A stretch of 32,000 nucleotides of DNA from Candidatus Saccharimonadota bacterium (lineage in GTDB: Bacteria > Patescibacteriota > Saccharimonadia > Saccharimonadales > Saccharimonadaceae): NCBI GenBank assembly GCA_023898645.1, contig CP060232.1, positions 210,001 through 242,000 of the forward strand, given 5' to 3'. Both the position numbers and the translations under genes were made by a program. Position 1 is the first letter of the stretch. Each line of letters starts with the position of its first letter. The notes beneath the pieces are model-generated. The model was not told the DNA's origin and did no database searches. It saw only the letters and a program-made list of their open reading frames with translations. This document shows positions 1-9,496 of this stretch, piece by piece.

Positions 1-1
1 T

Positions 2-769
2 ATTGCACAGTGGATACGTTTTAGCAAACCGACATTCACTGTAGAGTCAGGGGAGTGGATGACCGAAAAAATCCATATTGCGTTACCCAAAAACACAGGA
101 TTCAGCTACTCATTCGTGTTGCTTATTCAAAGAGCGCAGGATACAACTGTCATAGAATCGGGCCGATTAATTAAAGGTTCGGTCGCGGTGTTTACTCTTA
201 TAAATGTAGATCGTCCTGGCGCTGTGCGTAGCCTGACGGTAGAGAAATTCGTGGCGTCGCAATCAATGTACGAATATTTGCCTGCCTCGCTAACAATGCA
301 GTTTAGGAATAACGGTAACACGATCATTCAACCGTTTGGCAATATTTTTATTCAACGAGGCAGCAATGATGCGTCGCCGATTGCAACCCTCCCAGTCAAT
401 AACCAAGCCGGATATATTTTGCCAGGGAGTAATCGAGTGCTAACGGCCCAATGGTCAGGCGGTTTTCCTTTATTTAAAGCAACAACCGCTTCCGATGGTA
501 GTCAAAAAACGAGCGAAGAGTGGGACTGGTCAAAATTGTCTCAATTTCGTATAGGTGCTTACACGGCAAAGCTAGTGGCAGTATACAACGATGGGTTGCG
601 CGACGTTGCTATTCAAAAAGAAACCTCATTTTGGGTGTTGCCATGGAAAATATTGTTAGGAGCGGTGGCCGTAATAGCAATTCTTTTATTGGGAGTGTGG
701 AGTATTATCCGCAGGATATTCAAACTATTTAGGCGACCCAAACGCAGCGAGCAAAAACCAGAAGAGTAA
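2..769 (+). CDS. Hypothetical cell-surface protein with C-terminal TM anchor; probably 5'-truncated by the window edge
   Basis: ORF track 59..769. The same frame stays open back to nt 2 (IAQWIRFSKPTFTVESGEW-M...), so the true start may lie upstream of the window. Beta-rich ectodomain, then hydrophobic helix ILLGAVAVIAILLLGVWSII and basic tail RRIFKLFRRPKR. Confidence 0.55.
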   Translation: MAQWIRFSKPTFTVESGEWMTEKIHIALPKNTGFSYSFVLLIQRAQDTTVIESGRLIKGSVAVFTLINVDRPGAVRSLTVEKFVASQSMYEYLPASLTMQFRNNGNTIIQPFGNIFIQRGSNDASPIATLPVNNQAGYILPGSNRVLTAQWSGGFPLFKATTASDGSQKTSEEWDWSKLSQFRIGAYTAKLVAVYNDGLRDVAIQKETSFWVLPWKILLGAVAVIAILLLGVWSIIRRIFKLFRRPKRSEQKPEE

Positions 770-772
770 CAT

Positions 773-800
773 TGTGATACCGCTAATGCTCTGCTATACT
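773..800 (+). promoter_or_regulatory. Putative sigma70-type promoter for the 825..1028 gene
   Basis: TTGTGA (773-778), 16-nt spacer, TGcTATACT extended -10 (792-800). AGGGGA Shine-Dalgarno at 811-816 precedes the GTG start at 825. Confidence 0.4.
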
Positions 801-824
801 AGTAAGCACTAGGGGATTAATGGT

Positions 825-1028
825 GTGAAAGAAACAAAAGAACTGACAAGTGAGCTGTTTGCAAAGGAAATGACCCGCAAGGAATTCGTGCAGCTTGCAG
901 GTATGGCAATCATCGCTTTGTTTGGCGTTAATAATTTTCTTTCGTTTCTTCTTAAGAGCGGTGGCAAGGCTATGCATTCCAATGCACAAGCCGGTCGTGG
1001 CTTTGGTTCGAGCAAATTCGGGGTATAA
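825..1028 (+). CDS. Small (67 aa) single-pass membrane protein, hypothetical
   Basis: GTG start 9 nt after an AGGGGA SD. Charged N-terminus, one hydrophobic helix (LAGMAIIALFGVNNFLSFLL), Gly-rich basic tail. Confidence 0.45.
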   Translation: MKETKELTSELFAKEMTRKEFVQLAGMAIIALFGVNNFLSFLLKSGGKAMHSNAQAGRGFGSSKFGV

Positions 1029-1043
1029 AACCGTAATTACACA

Positions 1044-1072
1044 TTGCTCTCACGCTTTCGCGAGGGTATACT
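1044..1072 (+). promoter_or_regulatory. Putative promoter feeding the leader of the giant gene
   Basis: TTGCTC (1044-1049), 17-nt spacer, TATACT (1067-1072). This implies a ~290-nt leader before the ATG at 1368. Confidence 0.35.
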
Positions 1073-1245
1073 AAACACAGACCTTCGAATAGGGGGTCAA
1101 TTCACGTATCAATAACTGAACAAAGGGGTTAATGAAACAGCGTACACCACTGTTTTACATTAAGCGTACCCGTACAGCTTCTCTGTGCACCCCTGTTCAA
1201 ACGATCTGGCCGATTGCAATCGGTCTTGCTCAGTTTGGCTACGGG

Positions 1246-1280
1246 TTAGGAGCTAGGAGTTGGGAGTTAGGAGTTAGTGG
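1246..1280 (+). repeat. Five tandem heptamers with Shine-Dalgarno-like cores (TTAGGAG CTAGGAG TTGGGAG TTAGGAG TTAGTGG)
   Basis: Read directly from the sequence. Lies ~90-120 nt upstream of the giant-gene start codon. Confidence 0.8.
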
Positions 1281-1367
1281 GGTCATCTCTTGGCTCGTTG
1301 CTATTATTTACCAAATCCCAATCACTATTTCCCATCTCCCAATTGACCTCCAAAGGAGGGCACCGTA

Positions 1368-4300
1368 ATGCCTACTCCGCAACGCCTCCCCATAGTCAAC
1401 TCCGACGACGGTGTTTGGGGTGATATTCTTCGCCAATACCTTGCGAAGGAGCACTTCAACGACGATACCGACAATGCCATCAACGGCGGTCACCAAAAAA
1501 TCACCATCCAGCCGGGCACCGCAGCGGCAGGTACCGCTCCGCTCAAGTTCACCAGCGGTACCCTGCTCACCACTCCCGAAGCCGGAGCCATGGAGTTTGC
1601 CGGCGATAACTACTACCTTACGGACACGTCTGGCCCGACTCGCCGCAAGATTGCCGCCTACGACGACACCTCTGGTGCCACCGGCGATATCTACTACCGC
1701 AATTCGTCTGGCTACTTCACACGACTCGGCATTGGTTCTACTGGCAACGTTCTTACTGTTGCCGGAGGTATCCCATCGTGGTCTTCTTCTATTAGCAACA
1801 CGAGTACCATCACTCTCAAAGACACAAACTTCACCCTGCAAGATGACGGCGATACCACAAAGCAGCTCAAGTTTGAACTCACTGGCATCGCTACTGGCAC
1901 TACTCGAACGTGGTCATTCCCCAACGCCGACTCGGCCTTTGTTGGTACCAATACGGCGCAGACGCTGACAAATAAGACGATCCAGGCCCCGACAATCACC
2001 GATTCCAACGGTGCGACGGTTCTTAACACGAGCGGGTCAGCTAGCGCAGTCAATTACATCACTCTGTCGAACTCAGCTACCACTTCTTCTGTCGGTATTT
2101 CGGCGACAGGTTCTGATACGAATTTGTCGCTGTCAGTTTATACAAAAGGAACTGGCGCAGTTATTCTACGTTCCGCACAGAATGGGATAGCTTTCCAAGC
2201 CGCCTCGCCTAGTGCATCGTCGGTGAACTACATTCAAGCACTGGGTGCTGTCTCTGGTTCTTCCCCAACGTTTCAGGCAGTAGGGTCTGATACAAATATT
2301 AACCTCGTCATGTCCACTAAGGGCACAGGGGTTGTTTTATTGTACACAGGCAGCAATATCGCCTTTAGGGCATGGGCACCAACTTCGTCCGTAAACTATA
2401 TTCAGGCGAACGGTTCCACTACTGGTGTGGTGCCGTCGTTGACTGCTGGTGGCACAGATACGAATGTTGGTATTAATCTTATTCCAAAGGGAACAGGTAC
2501 AGTTCAGGCCAATGGTGTTGATGTTGTCACGACGACTGACACACAAACCCTCACGAACAAAACCCTCACCAGCCCGAAGGTTAATACGGTTTACGATACC
2601 AACGGTAATACGGTGTTGAATTTTACTGCCAACGCGAGCGCAGTCAACTACGTTAATATTGCCAATAGGGCGACGACCGCAGGTCCAATAATTAAATCTG
2701 CAGGGTCAGATACAAATATCGACTTGATTCTATCGTCAAAGGGCACAAGCTTTATCTACCTGACCCCTGGTGGCAGTAACGCTCTATTGCTTAATACTGC
2801 AGCTAGTGCGGTGAACTACGTTCAAATTGTCGGCCAGTCTACGGGTAATGGTCCGCAGATTTTGGCTATGGGCGCAGATACCAATATTCACCTAACCCTT
2901 TCCGCCAAAGGAACTGGTGTAGTCAAGGCCAATGGTATCGAAGTTGCCACCATCACAGGTACGCAAACACTGACAAATAAAACCCTTACCACGCCAATAA
3001 TTGATCAAATAAAAGACACAACTACGTCGAATGTTGTGGCTGAATTTACTAGTGAAGCAAGCGCGGTAAACTATTTGCGATTGCGAAGCAGGGCAATTGG
3101 TGTTGCACCAAGCATTGTTGCTGTCGGAGCAGAATCAAATATCGGTATCACTTTCACGCCTCAGGGCAACGGCGCTGTTTCGATCTATGCAGCCACAGGG
3201 CAAACTCCTACGCTTCAAGCTACGGGCGTCGATACGAATCATGACTTGAAACTCCTCGCCAAGGGTTCGGGTACGGTGCGCATGGGAAGTAGCGTAACAG
3301 TACCAAACGGCAATTTAACGACGTTGTATAACACTGCCGATGAAACAACAAATTATGAGAAGGTAAGTATACGCTACAATTCCAATGTCGCCGAAATCGG
3401 TGGCTATGTGGCTGGTACGGGTGTACATCGTGATCTTCGTATTGGTATTAATAACTCTACGTACAATCCAACAAATCTTTATAGTTATGCGCAATTTTCA
3501 GTAAGCAGTACGCGTATAGCTCTGCGTTGGGAAACTTCGGCTAGCGGTCTCAAGATGGTTAGCGTAGGCGGAGGTACCGACTCTCTTGCCTCCGCAAGCA
3601 CCATTCAAAATGTCTTGGCCATTGAGCCTACTGTTAATCAGTCTGGCACGGCTGGATATACAGGGCTCCTCATAAACCCTACCGAAACAGCCACAGGTTC
3701 CGGAACCAAACTCCTCATCGACGCACAGGTCGGTGGCGTATCGAAGTTCTCGGTAGACAATACTGGTGTGGTCACTATGGCAGCTGTCGGCACAGGCGCT
3801 GGGTCGGTGGTGACTGTCGACGGCACGCAGACTCTCACCAACAAAACGCTCACCAGCCCTAAAATAGGTACGTTGTACGATAACAATGGTGCTATATGGC
3901 TTAGTGTTACGCCGACTGCTTCAGCTGTAAATTACGTAAGTGTTATCAACGCAGCAACAGGAGGACAGCCATATGTGACGGCTGTTGGTGCTGATACAAA
4001 TATTAGTCTTTCACTACGCCCAAAGGGTACAGGAAGCACTATTATACGAAGTGGCATCGATAGTGCCTCTGTCGCTATTTTTACAGGCGTGACATCAGGA
4101 GTAAATAGAATCGACTTCACTGGTGCGGCAACTGGTAATGGTGTTTCAATAGCCGCTAACGGTTCAGATACCAATGTTGACTTACTGCTCACTGGTAAGG
4201 GAACTGGTGCAGTCAAAGCAAACGGAGTTGAGGTAGCGACAATCAGCGGAACGCAAACTCTCACGAACAAGACGATATCTGGCGCATCGAACACTCTATC

Positions 4301-6917
4301 GAACATCGCCCAATCATCAGTCACGAGCCTGACGACAGACCTCGCCAACAGAGCCCAGATTACCGCCTATAACTCTGCAAATGAATTGAAAACAGTGACA
4401 CTCAACACCAACCCCGAGAGCGCTTGGTATACGTTTGAGCCGAATTATACTTCGGATCTCACATACAACTTGTTCCGCGGCGGTGCGGTAGACGTACAAA
4501 AGAACGGCTCTCCATTCAATACCTATGGTGCTGGCACTGGATTTTATAACGTATCTGGTGTTGGTTTGGCAGCAGATGACTGGTTTAAAGCAGATACATC
4601 GTTTTGTTTAGATAATCCGACTATTGCAACCGACACGTACGTTATTACCGTTGATATAGCTCCGTCTATCTTGCAGCGATATGGCTGCTACATGGGCATT
4701 GTGTTCCCTCACGGCTGGGGCACAAAGGATGTGCAAATAGAAGTATACAAGAGTGGCTGGTCAACACTTTATACTGTAACCGACAACTCTGACCCGGTGC
4801 ATCGTGTCTACTTTGGCGGTGACAGTACAACCTACACAAAGATACGCTACACCCTGGGGCGCCCATGGGGGGCACAGGTACGTATTAGTTCGCTATTTTC
4901 ATATGCTTACAACAGTACTGGTCGAGGCGAAGGCTATCTTACTCGTGGTGGTGGTGCTATTTACGGCAGCAACTCAACACCTATCGCATTTACTGCTACC
5001 GGTAGTGATACGAATATTAGCATCAATATCGTGCCAAAGGGAACGGGAACACTCAACCAGAACGGTGTTGCTGTCGCGACAATCAGCGGAACGCAAACGC
5101 TCACGAATAAGACTCTCACAAGCCCGAAGATTGGTGAGATTTACGGAAGTAATAATGGAACTACCGTTGCCCAATTTAAAGATGACACGACTGTAGCGAA
5201 TTACATAACGATAAAAAGCTATGCAACAGGTGGAACCCCAGCTATCCAGCTTGGCGCTAGCGCTGATACAAACGTCGGTCTAACTATAGTTCCAAAAGGG
5301 TCCGGAAAAGTTTCAATTTATTCCACGACGGGTCAAACACCGACACTTCAAGGTACAGGTGCTGACGCCAATCACAATTTGAACCTAACTTCCAAAGGCA
5401 CTGGCACTGTCCAGGCTAATGGCAACCCTGTCATCGCATCCGTTACTGCCATTCCTGCTGTTACCGGTACACCGTCAAGCAGCACTTTTCTTCGTGGAGA
5501 TGGTACTTGGTCCACGCCAACTGGCGGCAGTGGTGGCATGCTCGCTCCTTGTCAGGGTATGACAGTTGGTTCTGAGACATTTACTATTTCATCTGGCAGC
5601 GTCACACAAGTCTCTGGCACAACAATCAACGGCTACACGCCAGCCATTGGCGACCGTATTCTTATTATTAATGCTCCTGCCACGACCGGCGTCGGTTCGT
5701 CCTACGCTACGACATTCCAGCCAACCAACGGTATTTATGTGGTCACTGGAAATACCACAAACCTGACCGTCACTCGTGCGAGCGACATGTCTGGATCGAA
5801 CAAGCCAAATGGCATGAGTGTCCATGTGCAAAACGCCACGTGGCCAGGAGCGTGGACACTCTTCTTCGTTGAATATCCGAATGACGCCTCTGCATTCACC
5901 TGGGGAACGACTGGTATTTCATTCAAATATTCCGGTGGCATAGGTGGTCAGATGCAGCAAGTTTGGCTAGCAAATAACGGCCTTGGCTTTAACGTATGGA
6001 ACGGTACGGGCTGGACAAAATTCAGCGCTGCAACGAACGCTGGTACGCAAACGCTGACGCTACCGGCAACGGCCACATCTGACACGCTTGTCGGTCAGGC
6101 ATCGACAGACACATTGACGAATAAGACTTTGACATCTCCCAAGATTAATCAGGTTAATGATACGAATGGCAATACTTCGATTAATTTGACTGCTACTTCG
6201 AGTGCAGTAAATTACGTTAATATCACGAATACCGCTACTGGCAGCGGGCCGTCTGTCGCAGTAGCGGGTAGTGATACCAATATCGACTTGAACCTCGATA
6301 CAAAGGGTAGTGGCTCTGTGTATGCCAATGGCGATATTGTCATGACATCCCAGTCGCTGTACCCGCTTTTCATGGATTCTGGCCGGTTTGAACCGTTTCC
6401 GCAAATCTTGTGTCACAACAATTGGGCATTAAATTCAGGCGATATGCCTATGACGCTCTTTACTCCGACTGCAAACATGACCGTCAGCAATATTCTTTCT
6501 ATGACAGCTGGAGGCACCTCTTCGCAGTCAGGAGCGACTGCCTGTAAAGTCGCTATTTTCCGGGTGGATGATCTTGGTGTGTGGCCGGCCGATATGACAT
6601 GTATTGCTCGCTCAGCAAATAAGGCAGATAGGTGGAATGGTGCTCTGCTCGATACCGCTCCGATTGTCGACGACGGTGCAGCGTCGCCGAATTCTATATC
6701 ATCGGTAAACCTTACTGCCGGTCAGATGTACGCAGTTGGATTTATGTCGGTTGGTCATACGGGGAGCATACAACTCGCTGCTATGGGGGTTTATCGCCCG
6801 TGGACTCTTGAGCCGCACATTGGTTACTTTGGTGATGGTAGCTATTCGGATATTCCGGTAAATCTCACGGGTGGCTGGATAGAAGAGTGGACTTATGTGT
6901 GGTTTGGTCTGACGTAA
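1368..6917 (+). CDS. Giant (1849 aa) modular repeat protein, phage tail-fibre-like putative adhesin
   Basis: Strong SD (AGGAGGG, 7-nt spacing). No N-terminal signal peptide. 13 modules of G-[SA]-D-T-N-x-x-L-x-L-x-x-K-G-[TS]-G preceded by [AS]-V-N-Y. 7 linkers (A/T)(Q/D)TLTNKT at 1956, 2541, 2961, 3825, 4251, 5091 and 6105. FLRGDGTW at 5487-5510 and GDRILI...NGIYVV...RASD, which I recall as typical of tail-fibre proteins. Confidence 0.9.
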   Translation: MPTPQRLPIVNSDDGVWGDILRQYLAKEHFNDDTDNAINGGHQKITIQPGTAAAGTAPLKFTSGTLLTTPEAGAMEFAGDNYYLTDTSGPTRRKIAAYDDTSGATGDIYYRNSSGYFTRLGIGSTGNVLTVAGGIPSWSSSISNTSTITLKDTNFTLQDDGDTTKQLKFELTGIATGTTRTWSFPNADSAFVGTNTAQTLTNKTIQAPTITDSNGATVLNTSGSASAVNYITLSNSATTSSVGISATGSDTNLSLSVYTKGTGAVILRSAQNGIAFQAASPSASSVNYIQALGAVSGSSPTFQAVGSDTNINLVMSTKGTGVVLLYTGSNIAFRAWAPTSSVNYIQANGSTTGVVPSLTAGGTDTNVGINLIPKGTGTVQANGVDVVTTTDTQTLTNKTLTSPKVNTVYDTNGNTVLNFTANASAVNYVNIANRATTAGPIIKSAGSDTNIDLILSSKGTSFIYLTPGGSNALLLNTAASAVNYVQIVGQSTGNGPQILAMGADTNIHLTLSAKGTGVVKANGIEVATITGTQTLTNKTLTTPIIDQIKDTTTSNVVAEFTSEASAVNYLRLRSRAIGVAPSIVAVGAESNIGITFTPQGNGAVSIYAATGQTPTLQATGVDTNHDLKLLAKGSGTVRMGSSVTVPNGNLTTLYNTADETTNYEKVSIRYNSNVAEIGGYVAGTGVHRDLRIGINNSTYNPTNLYSYAQFSVSSTRIALRWETSASGLKMVSVGGGTDSLASASTIQNVLAIEPTVNQSGTAGYTGLLINPTETATGSGTKLLIDAQVGGVSKFSVDNTGVVTMAAVGTGAGSVVTVDGTQTLTNKTLTSPKIGTLYDNNGAIWLSVTPTASAVNYVSVINAATGGQPYVTAVGADTNISLSLRPKGTGSTIIRSGIDSASVAIFTGVTSGVNRIDFTGAATGNGVSIAANGSDTNVDLLLTGKGTGAVKANGVEVATISGTQTLTNKTISGASNTLSNIAQSSVTSLTTDLANRAQITAYNSANELKTVTLNTNPESAWYTFEPNYTSDLTYNLFRGGAVDVQKNGSPFNTYGAGTGFYNVSGVGLAADDWFKADTSFCLDNPTIATDTYVITVDIAPSILQRYGCYMGIVFPHGWGTKDVQIEVYKSGWSTLYTVTDNSDPVHRVYFGGDSTTYTKIRYTLGRPWGAQVRISSLFSYAYNSTGRGEGYLTRGGGAIYGSNSTPIAFTATGSDTNISINIVPKGTGTLNQNGVAVATISGTQTLTNKTLTSPKIGEIYGSNNGTTVAQFKDDTTVANYITIKSYATGGTPAIQLGASADTNVGLTIVPKGSGKVSIYSTTGQTPTLQGTGADANHNLNLTSKGTGTVQANGNPVIASVTAIPAVTGTPSSSTFLRGDGTWSTPTGGSGGMLAPCQGMTVGSETFTISSGSVTQVSGTTINGYTPAIGDRILIINAPATTGVGSSYATTFQPTNGIYVVTGNTTNLTVTRASDMSGSNKPNGMSVHVQNATWPGAWTLFFVEYPNDASAFTWGTTGISFKYSGGIGGQMQQVWLANNGLGFNVWNGTGWTKFSAATNAGTQTLTLPATATSDTLVGQASTDTLTNKTLTSPKINQVNDTNGNTSINLTATSSAVNYVNITNTATGSGPSVAVAGSDTNIDLNLDTKGSGSVYANGDIVMTSQSLYPLFMDSGRFEPFPQILCHNNWALNSGDMPMTLFTPTANMTVSNILSMTAGGTSSQSGATACKVAIFRVDDLGVWPADMTCIARSANKADRWNGALLDTAPIVDDGAASPNSISSVNLTAGQMYAVGFMSVGHTGSIQLAAMGVYRPWTLEPHIGYFGDGSYSDIPVNLTGGWIEEWTYVWFGLT

Positions 6918-6958
6918 AATAATCGTTTTTCATTATTCTCAATTTCACTCAATAATAA

Positions 6959-6985
6959 TTAGCACTCTTGACATCCGAGTGCTAA
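6959..6985 (+). promoter_or_regulatory. CIRCE operator (HrcA binding site) upstream of dnaK
   Basis: TTAGCACTC-TTGACATCC-GAGTGCTAA, a perfect match to the CIRCE consensus TTAGCACTC-N9-GAGTGCTAA. A T6 run follows. Confidence 0.93.
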
Positions 6986-6996
6986 TTTTTTACACT
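6968..6996 (+). promoter_or_regulatory. dnaK promoter P1, with -35 inside the CIRCE spacer
   Basis: TTGACA (6968-6973), 17-nt spacer, TACACT (6991-6996). Confidence 0.55.
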
Positions 6997-7003
6997 CAAA
7001 GTA

Positions 7004-7033
7004 TTGGCAATCTACATGGTAGAGTGCTAGAAT
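7004..7033 (+). promoter_or_regulatory. dnaK promoter P2
   Basis: TTGGCA (7004-7009), 18-nt spacer, TGcTAGAAT extended -10 (7025-7033). Overlaps a CIRCE half-site GAGTGCTAG (7022-7030). Confidence 0.5.
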
Positions 7034-7081
7034 AGAATAAGAATAACAGTACAAAATATCTTAAGGGAAAGGGTATATATT

Positions 7082-8998
<1,917 letters not shown>

Positions 8999-9011
8999 TT
9001 TAACATTCGCA

Positions 9012-9039
9012 AAAGGAGGAGCTTCGGCTCCTCTTTTTG
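9012..9039 (+). terminator. Rho-independent terminator after dnaK
   Basis: GAGGAGC-TTCG-GCTCCTC perfect 7-bp stem with tetraloop (9016-9033), flanked by A-run and T-run. Confidence 0.85.
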
Positions 9040-9052
9040 TTATTATTGAATC

Positions 9053-9496
9053 ATGGAAATCGACAGAATATATCCCGACGACGAAGACTTTAAGCAAGTG
9101 CTGAAATTACGTTACGAATTGCTCGATGAGCCGGTTGGCGCGCCGGAAATTACCGAGCCAAGCGACAATGATCGAAACCCTGACAATGTACACATGGTGC
9201 TTTATGGTGAGGAGAGGCGCATAGTGACGGCAGTACGTCTCGATAAATCTGGCGATGCCGAATACGTGGTGCGCCGAATGGTCGTAGCAACTGAGCAACA
9301 GCGTCGCGGACTGGGCGGGTATGCCATGGGTATACTCGAAGGTATTGTAGGAGTTATGGGCGGTCAGCGAGTACGGCTGAATTCAACACCAGAGGCCATA
9401 CCGTTTTATCATGCACTTGGTTACGAAGATACTGGCGAAGGTGTCGAGTGGGCGGGTGCGTATCACCCAGAGATGATAAAAGATATTATTTCTTGA
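9053..9496 (+). CDS. GNAT-family N-acetyltransferase
   Basis: 147 aa. Acetyl-CoA binding motif QQRRGLGGYAM (Q/R-x-x-G-x-G/A) and an ALGY-type C-terminal strand. Confidence 0.75.
   Translation: MEIDRIYPDDEDFKQVLKLRYELLDEPVGAPEITEPSDNDRNPDNVHMVLYGEERRIVTAVRLDKSGDAEYVVRRMVVATEQQRRGLGGYAMGILEGIVGVMGGQRVRLNSTPEAIPFYHALGYEDTGEGVEWAGAYHPEMIKDIIS

Noticed and set aside
873-890. TRKEFV in the 67-aa protein as a twin-arginine (Tat) signal
   Set aside because: It has an R-K rather than an R-R pair, the protein is tiny with no cofactor-binding domain, and no tat genes are visible. A simple membrane anchor is the more economical reading.
1308-2053. ORFs overlapping the 5' part of the giant gene (1308..1841 -, 1411..1968 +, 1712..2053 -), plus the many 60-140-aa ORFs across 2337-6416
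   Set aside because: They are alternative-frame or antisense artefacts of the long repeat-rich CDS. The 1368..6917 frame has the SD, the repeat periodicity and recognisable motifs.
5493-5501. RGD tripeptide in the giant protein as an integrin-binding motif
   Set aside because: It is part of the conserved FLRGDGTW tail-fibre motif, and there is no reason to infer eukaryotic integrin binding from a tripeptide.
1368-6917. Whether the repeats or tail-fibre gene signal a CRISPR array, a diversity-generating retroelement or a prophage
   Set aside because: The repeats are in-frame coding modules of ~130-420 nt with diverged sequence, not short identical repeats with spacers. No reverse transcriptase or template repeat matching the 3' end of the gene is present. 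No capsid, terminase, portal, integrase or lysis genes flank it.
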